From Hydrolagus colliei (Eukaryota): a stretch of 64,000 nt of DNA. The notes below the pieces were generated by a model. It saw nothing but the letters and a program-made list of their open reading frames with translations, made no database searches and was not told the origin of the DNA. The position numbers and the translations under genes were made by a program. Below, piece by piece: positions 1 through 14,265 of the stretch. Location of the stretch: contig CM068754.1 of the NCBI GenBank assembly GCA_035084275.1, positions 18,414,001-18,478,000 of the forward strand, written 5' to 3'. Numbering within the stretch: position 1 is the stretch's first letter; every line of letters starts with the position of its first letter.

Positions 1-1757
1 TCACTGACTATGCAGTCAATCGGCTATATTGACCAATCAGTGGTTGGGAAAAAATAGAACCTTATACCACCACATCTCCTGCGTGGGACAACCCATGGCA
101 GCCATTCATCATCCTCCACCCAGCTCCAGAAGATGACAGTGGATTCCCCCCCATCTCCCAGATGTCAGTGAATCACATGTACCCTGAGCCACAGAGTGAT
201 GGGACTTGACACACTCGTCAACGTACAAAACTCACCATCAGCAGCGAAACACTCGCCTTTAAGCATAATTGTGGAAAGAGTTCTTTCTCTGGCCTCCCCC
301 ACTTTGCCCCCCCCCCCACCCCCCTCCCCCCCCCCCCCTCTCCCCCCCCCCCCCCCCCTCCCCCCCCACCCCACCCTGGCCCTTTTTGAACACTTCCGTG
401 AAATTAGCATTTGGAGACTCGTTTCCTCGCTCTGTTGGCTTTTACCCTAATACAACTGGTTAGTGTTTGGCTGGTTGCTAACCAGGCATGGAAGCCTATT
501 TTCAAGCACTGTTCGGCACCTTGGGCGTCCTCCCGACGTGTACAGAGCGCCATACGCGTGTAATCTGTCATGTGGTTGTATTTTCTGGTCTCTCTTTCGT
601 TACAGACAAATCTCAAACGAAAACATGCTGAATGCAATCAGCTCCAAACCCATACTGAGCTCAAATATCTACCGCCGGAAGAATACCTCCCCCAACTGAA
701 CTACTCCGTCAGGGCAGCCATTGCTTTTCTCTGTCTATCGTTAAAAGCCACAGCATTCAGTGTGGGTGCTGAGCGAACGTGCAAACTTGACGGATTAACC
801 CCGGCAGCTCACATTTCATACAAGAGTTACTCATGCTGCTTTCTCTACCAGGCAACTTCAGTGGAAGAAGCCACAAGCAGATGCAACATCACACTGTACA
901 CCCCCCCCCACTGTGAGCCATGACACCACATGCACATACTCAGACACTCACACACCAAACCAGGCATCAACACGGATTCCAAATTTACAAGTCAACTCAA
1001 AATAAACACCCCGGGAGTCGTCAGAAGTCAGGAGGGAAACGTCGTTTTTGCTTCTGTTCATGGTTATTCTCACAGCGTAAAGGATTTGTGACGTAAAGTT
1101 CACTCTAAGGCACCAGGTAGAAACTGGTAGAAAACCCGGGGACTTTCTGAGGTTTGCTCTCCAGTCCAGAAACGGTTTCAGACCTTTGGCCCAGAAGAAC
1201 AGACACCGGGGAATTCAATTCGAATGAATTCAATTCAGATGCTTTGTGCATCTCTTAAGTTAACTTGCCACATGGAACCATGGAACGGCTCAACTAGTGG
1301 GTAACCAGTGACCGACACAGTCTGATCCGTTCAAATGGTCTCTATATTTTCTACAGTTCTCAAAAAACACACACACACACACACATACACTTTGTGACGC
1401 TATTTCTCTAGCAATCACAATTTCGCACACAAAAAAAAACACACGTACTCACTCACACAAACAAACAGAAACACACACACACACACGCACGCACACAGAG
1501 TGAAATCATCTCACTGTTGCTCAGATACATGTGCACCGTTTCAAAAATGAGAAAATAAATTGCTGGAGGATTAACTGGATGTGTGAGAGACGTGCACATT
1601 TGAGTTCTGCAAAAAAAAAAAACTGCTCGAGAGAGAGAGAGAAAGAGAGAGAGAAAGAGAGAGAAAAAAAGGAAACTTAAAAATAAATTTTAAAAAATAA
1701 AAATTTCAAGTCTGCATTCATGCACCAGCTGCGAGCACCGGGACAAAAAAAAAATAC

Positions 1758-1817
1758 CTTCGTCTTCATCCCCGTCATTATTGGCTAAATCGTCACCTTG
1801 TTTCTTTGCGTTGGCTC
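1758..1817 (-). CDS. NLGN3: NLGN3 splice-site A2 exon (60 nt)
   Basis: ttctttctag|(G)[19 protein letters not shown]|gtattt. Confidence 0.93.
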
Positions 1818-3994
1818 CTAGAAAGAAAACGAGGAAAAACAAGGGAAAGAAAACAAGAGAATTCAAAAAATACAAAGACTGTCAGGGGCGACTGACTCTC
1901 TCTCTCTCTGTGTCCAAACAGATTCCTGGTGACATCTGCCACCTGCCCTGGTGAGCAGCCTCACTAACAGATCACTAAGGGGGGGGGGGGGGGCGGTTTG
2001 GAGGGTGGGGGGGCAGGCCACACGTCACTCAGTGTTGAATATTGTGACAGATTCTTGGGAGACACAAGAGGCTCTAACTCTCTCCCAAAACACCAATCCT
2101 TTCCTTCACTCACACTCCCTTCTTCACCGTTCCGTCCATCCGTCCGTTCCGTCCAAAAGAAAATTTTAAATGATGAAATTCAGCCACCGAAATCTCGGGT
2201 GTGTGTGTGTGTGTCATTCGTTTCTTGCAACCGGAGAACATGCCTAGGTCCTCCTGATCTCCTGTGTGGACTTGCTGGATAATCTGCCCGGCTCGTCTAC
2301 CTGCCCAGTGCCCACAGCTTTAAACAGAAACCGCCTGCTCGATTCTCCATCGCAATCTCGCAGGTTCAACAACAATCGGGATGTGGAATTCAGTGGCCGA
2401 GGTAATTGTGGGTGTTGGGGGGGGGGGGAGGTAGGTGGGGATGGGGGTAAATGCAGGCATCCTTGGCGGATCCAGAAAGGGAGGCAAGGTTGAGGGGAGG
2501 AAAAGCAATCTGAAGTGTGAGACGAACGCTACGGGAAAGAATGAGAAGCACACAGCTCCCAACTAATTCCAACAACTATGATCCTGGCACATGATATAGA
2601 GCCTTGTCACATCGCCAAAGTATCTCAAAGTGACTGTCTGGCAATGATTGTACTGCAAGGCGTAGTGACTGTGTTTTAATTCTTAGCCAAATAGCTATCC
2701 AATTCACTTTTTTAAAAGAAAAAAATTCCACATTGCTATTCCAACATCTGTGGCCAGTTTCAATATCTCTTGCTTTCAACAGACATTTGCTGACCTAAAG
2801 TACACCTGCCTCAGAGACCAATGTTATGTGACATACACAGGTAGAGAGAAATCAGGGATACAGTACAGTACAGCTGAATTGATGCACAATGCGCATGTGA
2901 TCAGACATCAAGAATATACATTAATAATCACAATAATAATCCTTACATTTGATATAGCACTGTTCACGTCTTCTAGACGTCTTAAAGCGCTTCACAGAAT
3001 AGACTGTAAACTGAATTGACTGTATATTTGTGGGCGAAATGCAGCAGCCAATTGCGCACAGCAGCGTCCCCCACACAAGCAGTCTTGGATTGAGTGAACA
3101 AATTATTATTCTTTCTTTTAGGGATATTATTAGGCGGCAGAAGTAAGGAAACTTGCCTAAGGTTTCGCGCTGACTGGAATTGAACGAGTTGCTCTCACCA
3201 CTGAGCTACAGGACTGTGGCTTGCGAGCGAGGTCAGGACACTAATCACTGAGCTACATACTGTGTCATGTAAAATGAAAATTTAAAATGTGTTTATGTTT
3301 TCACTGAAGAAAGGCTTGAACGTACAAACTGAAATGTTTGGGTCTCTGATTGATTTGATGTTGCTGTTATCTTGACAACTGAAGCCTAGAAGAATCTTAT
3401 TATATAACCAGATGATGCCTCGCTAGTGCAGGATTTCAATGAATTATTAGGGCCCAATAAACAAATGTCTGTATAGATGTGTCAGTATTGACTTTGAGAG
3501 ATCCTCACACTTGTGTTCCAATCCCTTCGCTCCCTGGCACCTCCCTACCTCTCCACTCCCCAATCCACCACCCAACACCTCCACCCCACTGGCAAAGGCT
3601 TCGCCCCACCAGCCCCATCTGGGGATGTTATGCTTTCAGCCACTCTGCTCCGAAACTCTTGAACACTCTCCCTCCTTCCCCCCCAGTGTACTCCCTCGTC
3701 CTCCTTTTTCAAGTCCAGCCTGAACCCCCCCCCCCCCCCCACTCTTCAACTGTGCTTATGGCCACCTACCTCCCCATCAGCCCCCTCATTACCCCCCCAC
3801 CCGCCCCCACCTGCCCCCACCCCCACCACCCCCCCCGGCTCGGAGGGAGGTTTTGCTGTACCACTGCTTTTCACATCTTCTAGACTGTGTCTCAAGGCGG
3901 CTTCACAGAATACACTGTAAAGTGAATTGACTGTATATATATATATGTATTTGTGGCGAAACGCGGCAGCCGATTGCGCACAGCAGCGTCCCCC

Positions 3995-4025
<31 letters not shown>

Positions 4026-7000
4026 AAACAGTCGTGGATTGAGTGAACAAATTATTATTATTTTTTAATAATAAGAGTAGGACTTGCTACCCCGTGTGGA
4101 AGGCGCTCTATACAAGAGCAACTTGTCGTTGTATCAGGCAAGATTTTTTAAAATCCCAGCAAATCTAAAAAGCTACCCCACAAACGGACACTGATCCCAT
4201 CCACAAAAAAAAAACCTTTCCATTGACAATAGACAACAGTACCTGCCTCACGATCGACAACGACGTTATGTTCACACACAAACCAAACTAAATATTGCCT
4301 CAAAACAACAAGCTGACCAGTAGCAAGCGCTGAAATGCCAACTGCTTCAGATTCCATTTCGCCCAGAGTATTTTTTTTGGTGTGGGGAGAAAAAAAAATG
4401 TACGAATGTTACTTAACACAAGGCACCCAAGTGTGAGAACAGCTGAACTGGTATTGCTTGAGACAGCAGCCACACTAATCCTGTGGTACATGGCAGTGAA
4501 ACACTGCAGTTTATCGGAACTGAAGCTTGAATTCTTTGCTCAATGAGGCTTTGAGGATTTTTAAAATTATTTTATTTACAAGACACCTCGTAGACCGTAA
4601 CTCCGTCGGAGTTCACAACAAGGTAGCAGATTGCGTGTACAAATCCCTTAAGTGTTTTTTTTGTTTTGGTAAAGCAACCGTCAAAGCAACCTGGCTTCAC
4701 ACACTGCTCACTCCCACTTCTGGCCTGGGCTTCTGTGTCCTCACACAGGTTGTCTCACTCTTCAGTGCCATTCCGATGCCAAACACAGTAGCAGCAACCT
4801 ACAGACGACAATCACACACGTTTTCCTGCTGGGAGAGATGCAAACCCTCCTGACGTCACTTAAAAATTGGACGTTGTGGGAGCTAACAATTACACGCTTG
4901 CTCGGTGTGCGTACACTGGCTCGGTGTGTGTACACTGGCTCGGTGTGCGTACACTCGCTTGCTCACACGCTTCCGTGGGCACTCTCGGAAATGCACTCGC
5001 ATCCTGTAATCTTCCAAGATGCTTTGCCTGTTATGCACAAAGTACTTACAGCAGCTACACTGTTATTACACACGGGAACACTTACTTGCACAGAAGGAGT
5101 ATTGAGAATGAGCGTTTAAGCCCCATTGAATGTGTTGAGTGGTATTGCAATTATATAAGCTAGAACAGCAGAATAGCAGATAAGCGGATGCCAGGCAGAT
5201 AAGGAAGACTGTCATCTTCATTACCAGTTAGACAAGGACGTGTACATAAGTAGACACTAGCGAAAAGGAAATGTAAAACAGATATCTTTACTCAATAATA
5301 AATATTTAGAATAATGCACCAAACAAGGCAATGGAGGCCAACACATTGGGACTTCCAAAGCATACTTGGATTCCATAATGTACGATGGGGGGGCAAGGGG
5401 GGAGGGAAAGCCTTTTCTCACTGTTTCATGCAAGAATAATAATAATAATAATAATTCTTGCATTTGATATAGAGCTTTTCACATCTTATCGACGTCCCAA
5501 AGCGCTTCACAGAATACATTGTAAAGTGAATTGACTGTATATTTTGTGGGCGAAACGTGGCAGCCAATTGCGCACAGCAGCGTCCCCCCCCTCACAAGCA
5601 GTCACAAATTGGAAAAATAACTCTTTTTTATTTTTGTGTGTTTTTGTGGGGGGGGTGTGGGGGCTGGATTATTATCTTTTGGAACCGCATTCCAAGTCCA
5701 ACAATATACTTTCATCAAGATAAAGCTTTGAAGCAAATGAAGAATGTAGATTTTCCCCCAAAAAAAATCTTTGCGCAAAAACAAACCTGGACTCACCCAA
5801 TCATTCCACCTCCCGTTGACAAGTTCTGCATAAACACCCCCCAATTCCCAAAGCAAATCAAGTCAGATTACACAATGTATTCACCCCCCCCCACCCCCTC
5901 ACCCCCCCATATTGTAGCTATTAAAACCTAGTGTGTACACTTTACTTCCCCAGCCCCCAGAAGCCCAAACAAATCCTGTACCCCAGAGTATGTGTTCACC
6001 TCCTCTCCCTCTATCTCTGTAAACATCAATCTCAATTCATACTCCCCCCCGCCACCCTCCCCAGGCAGCAGAGCTGCCATGTTAATGGTCTCTCTGGGCT
6101 GGTGTGGTGAATAATTCCTCTTGTCCCATTGCACTTTTTAAGAACAATATCACCTCACACAGCTTCCTTACTTATTCTCTCTGCTATTCCATTCAAACAA
6201 AAAAGTCATTTCTCAAAATCTCCCCCGCCCACCCCAAAAAAACCTACTTTATGGTAAGATCACGATCAACCGATGTATCATGATTTGCCAGGATGACAGG
6301 CATTAATCTTTAACACTAAAGATTTATTATTAATGTTTCTGTACAACTGACTCGTATAAAATTAGTGTAATTAACTCCAGGTGACAAGACATTTTTATAA
6401 TCGAAAGGGACATTAGCAGTCCAATGCTCAATCCACTTGGTAAGGTGAACTGAACAGTACGTCAACTGTTAATAATCCTTAATTATGCCTTTTCTTGTCG
6501 GGTGGTTTGTCTCAAAAGTACTGCCCATGATTATAAGCACGGTGACAGTGTGTTTTGTAGGCAAACTCAGAAACCACTTTGCACTGAGGAATGTTCCCAC
6601 AAACAACCCGTTTCATTTGGGGGGTTATTTGGGTTACAGAACACTACACTCCAAACTGAGCCAGTTAGAAACCCCCCATCCTATTCCCTCTCCCACCTGT
6701 GAGATACGGTGGGCCGGGACAGGCAAGGAGAATACAGTACTCTGTGAGGCATTCTAGGAATTACAGCTGGCAGTAGCTCACCCACCACAGCAACAACAAC
6801 AACAACAACAACAACAAACACTGTTCACAAACCAGAAACAGCAAAAGCCAACACCAACCTTTCAGGGTTGGGCCTCCAACTGACTTTCAACAAGCCAGCC
6901 AGCCAGCCAGCCAGCCAGCCAACTTCTGGGTTTTCTTTGTTTCCAATTATCACAAATAATTTACAATTACAATGCCACAAACACAGCAGCTTGTGAATGT

Positions 7001-10000
7001 TTTATTTTAGACCCTCTTTCTTTCTCGCTTATCATCTTCGAACGATCGCTTATCAATCCACCAGCTGTGACAAACGCAGCTCACGGACACAGCCGCACTG
7101 AGTCGCTCAGTCGACATACTTCATGCAAGACGGTGACTAGTTACTGTGTGGAGGATGGAGAGAGAGAGGATGGAATGAGCTCATTCTAACAATTAATTGT
7201 GAAGTAGAGAGTCTAGCTGTTGGCCTAAACAGAGATACACCACCCAGTGTATGTCACTGTGCCCCCCACCACACAGATGCATTGCTCGTGTTTCGCTCAT
7301 GTGAAGCGCTCTGAGATGCCGTCCGACGTGGAGGAGGCTGTATAAATCAAAGTTGTTGTTGTTGTTTCTCTCCTGCCCGGGTGAGCTTCACTCTACTGCA
7401 CACCAATGTCACGCTTTTGGTACAGATAGAGCATACCCCCAACCCAACGCAAACACACTGCACCTCCATAGTAGATAGACCAACCACTACCCTCCCACAC
7501 CCCACCCCACCCCGCACACCCCACCCACCCCAACCCCACCCTCCCCCACCATCCAATATCTTCCTCTGTACAGGAGATATCTGCCGGTGTAGGTCTCAGT
7601 AACCTTGGGTCAGGGGGTCAAACTGATTTCCTGAGTCACTGAGGAAGCACTCTATGGCTGGCACAGACTGCCAGACTGACTCGCCGAACACTGCAAGCCA
7701 CTAGCAACGAGAAGACGTTGCAGCCCAATCTTGGCTGTGCTTTTCGCTCAGTGAGTTGCCATCGGAGATGATCGGCTCTGTGTGAGGACATACTCACTCC
7801 GTGCCTCCTGAATGAAGGTGCTACCTACCTCCTTTTCTACATATTTTCTTGTTTGGTTTTCTGGTGCATTCCTTCGATATTCTTTTTACTGTAAAATGAA
7901 TAAAATACTCCAAAATAACACGAGGCTCCGTCAGACATAGCAGGAGCATGCAACGACATCTCATCCCTCCTCCCTTTCTCCCTCCCTCCCTCCCTCCAGG
8001 ACACAGGAGCTGCTATTGCAGAAATATTCAGTATTCCCAGGGCACGATCTCTTGACAGCAAAGTTCCTAAGGTACCACCACCACTGAGAGCCGCGGTGAT
8101 GCTGAGGAGAATTTAAACAAGCAGAGGGGATGACGAGCAATTTCCTTTCGTGGAAAAAAAGTGCAAGAAAAGTTGGCAGAATCTCCTAGGCCAATAGTGG
8201 TGGGGGTGGGGGCGGGAGGGGGGGTGACGGGAGGGTGGAGTGGAAGAGATAATTGGGAGAAACATTCTGGTGTAACATGTTGACCCAGAATCCAGCGGAT
8301 GAGAATTGTCTCAGTCTGTTTAAAACATTCCAATTTGCACTATTTTAATCCCTTCGCTATAAATTACATTATTATTTTTTATTTACACACACTCCCACTG
8401 ACCTCACACTAAAGCTACTCTATTTTACTCTGTGTTACTTGTACAGTTTTTACACTATTGCACAACTTCACAAAGTAACTTGTGGGCTATTGTAGGTTAC
8501 ATACAGTCCAGCACAAGCTTGCACACCGCAAGTTAAGACTATCTGCAGACAACGCTGTCCACACGACTGTAAGGTATAGGACACTATTTACACCCTGAAA
8601 TGTCAGCACACTACACTGGCACTATTGGACACATATGATGCTTTAATGTAAATTGACACTGTTTTGCACACTGCTATCGGTGACACGATTTTAACGCACA
8701 ACACTTGTCAGATAAGACTATTTTACACACTAGGCTGCCTCAGGTGAGTTTCCCAACGCCGGCCCCCTGAATACTTCTGTAACGTCAATATCAAAAGACT
8801 TTACCATCTCAGGAATGTTCCATGGTAGACTCAGAACTCCTTTAAAGACTTAAAGACTCCCAAGTTTGCTGTAGAGATTAGCACTGAGTTTGCTGAACAG
8901 GTGAGGTGCTTGTCATTTTTCCCCGTCATAATTTTATTTTTCTTCCCCCAAATACTTCCAATGTTTGAACAAATCTGCCTTGTTCCTTCCACCCACCATC
9001 ATACCATTAACTTATCAAGGTCAACCAATTACAAGTCATGGCTAGAAGGATGGACCCCACCCATCCCACCCCAACCCCATCACCCTCAGACCAAACTCAA
9101 TGGTTTAGCTGCTTCCATGCTGACGCCCAACAGCCTGAATGGTAACTGATCTGCTTTGCTCAGCCCAGACAGAGAGAGACAGCTGATTGTGTATAGCCCC
9201 TTGCTTCATTCTATGACACTCAGTCCACCGTACAGGTTGATAAGACAGGTTTTTAATCAAGTTGCCCCAATTATGAAACCAAAACCATTGGCGATCCGAT
9301 TCACTATCAACTTTAAATATCCTGTCCTGGGGCAGCCTACTCCAACATCAGCCCAAAAGACACATCTGCCATCATTCCACATAGACTGTGATCTATAGAT
9401 ACAGCAACTCATTGGTTCAAGTGGGCGAGATTGGATGAGTAGCACTCAGTACAGCAGTGTTTGATCAAACGGGGACTGAATCCATCCCAAACAGCCTGAC
9501 GTCACCTGCCTAGGGGAAGGGGTGTCATGTTCATGGACAATTCACTGCCACAGGAACTAAGGGAAAGACAAACCTGAGAATGGGAATAAATTAACCAGAG
9601 ACTTCAAATGGGAAGCGAGTATTGGTGTAGGTGGGGGGGGACAGGATAAAACAAAGACAGAGGAAGAGTGGGGTGAAGTTAAGAGTGACTAGGGACAATA
9701 ATATGTGAAGAATTCAGTGTGTGTTAGAGGAAATTTCCAATAAAGAGGGGCTCAGCGTAAGAAAGTATCACTAGCTAAACTGAAGAATGAAGAGACCCTC
9801 TTCGTGGCTTATTGTCAAACCATTGCAGAAGGTGGCAACTGTATGATTCGAGAGACACTGGACCTAGAAACACAATGAGGCATGAAGTCTGCACATGATC
9901 TATCTGGATTGGACTCTAGGCGTGTGTCCATTCCTCCTCTGTGGGATGTTGAGCGTCGAATTTGGACAACTAAGTAATTTGTTGCAGAACCTAAAAGTCT

Positions 10001-11123
10001 TCAATGAGCAAGTCATTCAGCATGGAGATCCCTGGTAACCCTATTTGGAGTCTTTCCTCCTGCTCCACTGAATGCAACCAAATTATCCTAGGTTCCTGAA
10101 GAATGGCCTAATGCTGTGATTTAGGTTTGGGTTTCCTTCAGACACTCCAGTAGCACAACCCAGCCATGTCCTGGGAGAATATTTCTGCAATCAGCTTTCA
10201 TACCCCTCCCAACATACGTCATTACAGTATGAAATTCCCCTCCCCCCACCTCCCCCCCCGCCCTTCCAAAACACTCCAGATTAACCCTGTGGGCGATGCA
10301 TCTGGCTTCCGATTTACTGCAGTGATGCTTAGCTTTGGCTGTCAGACTGTGGGGCAAAGAACAGAAGAGGAAACCAGAACAGTGCCGTAGACAGGAAGAG
10401 ATGGAGAAGTCAAGGCAAGGGGTAAGCGACAACACGAGCGTGCGGGGCAGGGGAAGGAATTGGGAAAACTGGTAGGAAAGGGTGATGGAGCGGGGAGGGG
10501 GGTGGTGGTGGGTGGGGGGGGGGGCGGGGGGGGAGCGACTTCATGCTTAAACAGCAACAGACAGACAGACAAAACCCGGGAACAGAAACCCAGACAAAAG
10601 GAAGCATTTGTTGGTCCCACGCAGACTCACCATCCTCGGTGGGTACATAGATGTTTAAGTACAAACAGTCTTCGTTCTGGTCCTGGATGTAAGCGGCCAC
10701 GATATCCAGGTTGGCGGTGAACCAGATGGGCAACATGATGGCGGGAGCCATGCCATGAATGTTTTGGGGGCAGACGGGAGAGAAGTGCGTCACGTTACGG
10801 ATGCCGGACCAGGAGGACGGTGACTCGGGGGGTTGGAACCGCTTCTCTCCGATCGGGGCCCCGGCGTAAGGAACCCCCAGGTACTGATCCACCGGCCCGA
10901 GGATCTCGCTCGGCAGGGGAACCCGAATCCCCCGCAGTTTACCGTAGTTTGTATTCACAGTCGGGTAATTAATCTGACCATCCAGCACCATGACTCGGAC
11001 AGCCAGGCAGAATATCCAGAGGGGGACACTGAAGTCCACGTAGAGGACGGAGTTTGGTGCGTGCCGTGAATAAGATGCTCGACAATTCAGTCTTGTGTAA
11101 AGAAACATGGTATGTGATAACAT
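1758..11123 (-). CDS. NLGN3: Neuroligin-3, 5' part (gene continues beyond left edge); coding exons 11123-10631, 7888-7829, 1817-1758
   Basis: Spliced translation ...[33 protein letters not shown]...[14 protein letters not shown]|[20 protein letters not shown]|[20 protein letters not shown] matches NLGN3, including the A2 insert. All junctions are phase 1 with GT-AG. Confidence 0.95.
2922..3216 (-). mobile_element. tRNA SINE copy
   Basis: Same family, reverse strand. Confidence 0.8.
4898..4960 (+). repeat. ~19-bp tandem repeat gctcggtgtgygtacactg x3
   Basis: Read directly. Confidence 0.8.
5435..5685 (-). mobile_element. tRNA SINE copy (5'-truncated)
   Basis: Core plus tail. Confidence 0.8.
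7829..7888 (-). CDS. NLGN3: NLGN3 splice-site A1 exon (60 nt)
   Basis: ttttacag|(V)[19 protein letters not shown]|gtaggt; not shown in this frame by the ORF track. Confidence 0.95.
10631..11123 (-). CDS. NLGN3: NLGN3 first coding exon (signal peptide and start of the cholinesterase-like domain)
   Basis: ATG at 11123 (alternative ATG at 11108); donor G|GTGAGT at 10630; likely acceptor ...cttccatcgcag| with exon start at 11393 (5' UTR). Confidence 0.93.
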
Positions 11124-11936
11124 CACCGGGCTTTCCCCAAGGTAAATTCCAAGCACCTCTCGTCAACAGACCATAGATCCACAGGGTGGTGGTGGTGGTG
11201 GTGTGCCTGGCTCCTTACACAAACCCCCGATCCGCCATTAATCCATGTCACGTACGCAAAACCACGGGTGATACTCAAACCAGAGGCTTGCCCGCTTGCT
11301 TCAGATCTGGAGCACTCCACACCCCTCATTCAGGCAACCATTTTTTGTTGTTTTTTTTGCGCGACCTCACTTCAATTGGTTGGACGCACAATCCTGCGAT
11401 GGAAGCAAAGGGAGACGTGTTAAGAAGGCACAAGAGACACGGATCTTATTGTGTGATTAGAATGAGGTGCATCTCACACACGCACACACTCCGCGCACAC
11501 ACACGCAACACGCACATCTAGCCTGAAAATTTAAGGCCTTTACATAATCCAGGCACGGTTTTCCTCAAGTGCTGGCTGGGCTCAATGTTATTTATCTGAG
11601 ATGCTCTGTTCCTATGTTTGAAAGGAAAAAAAAAAGTGCTGATAGTGAGATGCTGAGATCCTTTGGTAAGGCTTCGGTTGCCCAGGTAACACAAGCCTCA
11701 CACCATCATACTGCAATCAACACAACAGGAGCAGTGCAGATGTAGAGAACAAACACACAACTGAACGGTAATCTTTTTAGATTGAATCCAGTCACATTCG
11801 CAGCTAACGCAGGTGCATATGTATGCAGTCGGCCACTCCATTAAAAAAAAAAAACGCAGTCACTCCGCTTTGCGACGCTGTGAAGCGCTTTTGAGACGTC
11901 CTCGCAACTTGGGAGGCTGCGTCAAATAAGGATTAA

Positions 11937-12245
11937 AAGGGCGAAACCTTGGGCAAATTACCTCACTCCACACACACACACACACGCCTGATAATAATCC
12001 CTCCCCCAAAAAAACTATAATAAATTGGTCATTTCAATCCACGATTGTGTGTGTGTGTGGGGGGGTGGGGGGGACGACGACACACACGCTGCTGAGCGCA
12101 ATTGGCTGCCGCGTTTTGCCCACAAATATACATACAGTCAATTCACTTTACAGTCTATTCTGTGAAGCGGCTTTGAGACACAGTCTAGATGACATGAAAA
12201 GCCGTGATATCCAATGCCAGGAATGTATATTTATTTATTATTTGT
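11937..12245 (+). mobile_element. tRNA SINE copy
   Basis: Core plus tail. Confidence 0.8.
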
Positions 12246-13974
12246 TATTCATTAGTGGTATAATTTGCACACAAAAAGAGATAAAAAGTGCTCACATGAA
12301 CGCAATCGAACGTTCACTCAACGTGTAGATGACTATGTATGCGCGTACATAACATGCTGAGGTACAAACGGTTGGAACGTGTGTACACAAACGCACGCTT
12401 GCACAAATACGCACTTGTATACACGCACTCCTCAGACACTGAGGGACCACTCTCAGGGACAACAACAACAACAAAATTACATTTAACAACAACGCCTTGC
12501 ACATCGGGAGGACGTCCCAATATACTGGGAATTAGGCAAATTCAAGCTGTCTTTTCTTGTGTGGATTGAATGATAAAAATGAATCTTGTTTTGTGCTGGG
12601 TCTCCATATCTGAGGAGTATCTATCTGTCCATTGAATTTCAATTGTTTGGAGATAGGAGGTACACATTTAAATTAAATTAATTGAAATTGAAACTGTGCA
12701 ACATTTATTTTCCAATTTAGTGTGTCCAATTTAAAATCTAATTAACTCATTTTGAAAAGGTTAAGAGAATATTGCAATGAAGTATATCAAATTACATTGC
12801 TCTGAATTATCTAATTAAGAGTGACAGTCACCGGTTCCACTGTATCTCCTGGGGTAGTGTGAACACAACCGCCAATGTGGCTTCACAGTAGCGTCTAAAA
12901 CACGCAGCGCCAAAACAAAAAGGAAGTCACAAAATTGTGACACCCAATTATTAATTACTGCTGTTGGCAGCTAGATATGTATCACACTGGCCTCGAGGAA
13001 CTTGGCTCCTAATGAGGTTCGCTTTCAAGGTTGGGAGTTGGGTTGAGTTGGGAGTCCAATTGGTGAGAATCACTCATTCCGACTTCCTGTTACAATACTG
13101 TACTTTGGTTTTCTATTTTTAATAATAAAAATACAATTGATAATTAATATTTGCGTTTGATACAGCATCTGATCACACTGTACTAACACGTCTCAAACAC
13201 ACTTGGCGTGGTATACAGTAATGTAAAATGGTGTGTCTGCGTGTAAGTTTGGAGGGTGAACTTAACACTGGAAGTGACAATTTGCTCCAAGTCTTAAAAG
13301 TGTCAGCCTGGCTCGGTCAAGGAGATCGTGGGTTCAAAAGCCACATTTGGGATGTGAACGAACGCTCATCGACACTTCCGGGCAGATCCTTGTGAGCAAC
13401 GCACGATTAAGTGTATGAATATTAAGGCTTTTCTGATGTAAATGTTAAAAGATTTCCTGACCCTGTTCGAAGTGTAATTAATTCCAGAGAGAAAAAAAAT
13501 CAGCCATTCACTTCTAGGATTATGTGTAGGAACCTCGATGATCTTCAGACAGGTCTTGCCACGTACATGGAGACTCTGGCAGCACCATTAAAAACATTAG
13601 TTGAGGAGAAGCTGATGACCCCTGTATCATACCCTCTGGCGTCTCGGCAGCTGCAGACTTTGTATGAATGAGCCTCTGCTCCCCTCCAAGATTATTCCGA
13701 GCACTCGGCTGAGCAGAAGGCAAGCGTGCTTTGCCCAAAGTCAGCCCAAGGCACACGGAGGAAATGGCTTCAGCAGAAAACCTCTTACCACCTTTGACAA
13801 TTACACAAAATGTTTAAGGGAAGAACACGGTTCTTTGATGCTTCGCCTTGTTCGGTCTTTTGGGACAGTGACAATCGCTCGATTCACTGGCGCCGACTCC
13901 GACAGTACCGTACCTTCTACCCAGTGGTTTTTCGCGAGAGCTTGTAACTCTGTACCTACTTGCATTGGGGACGT

Positions 13975-14265
13975 ACAGCTTTTCGCATTTTCCAGGCGTT
14001 TCAAAGCACTTCGCGGAAATTAACTGACTGTATATTTTGTGGACGAAACGCGGCAGCCGATTGCACACAGCCGCGTCCCTCAAACAGCCTTGCATTGAAG
14101 TGACTGATTAATTTGGGTGTTTTTGTTTCGGCTTTTCTTGAGGGATTATTATCAGGCGTGCGGAGTAAGGAAACTTTCCCAAGGTTTCACATGCCTTGCC
14201 GGGAATTGAACCCAGGTCTCTCGCTGACGAGGCGAGTGCTCTAACCACTGAGCTACAGGACTCCA
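13975..14265 (-). mobile_element. tRNA SINE copy with intact Pol III boxes
   Basis: TAGCTCAGTGG and GGTTCAATTCC on the reverse strand. Confidence 0.85.

Noticed and set aside
14195-14265. tRNA-like sequence with A and B boxes
   Set aside because: It is the SINE head: it continues into the SINE body, the anticodon loop varies among copies and the acceptor stem is poor.
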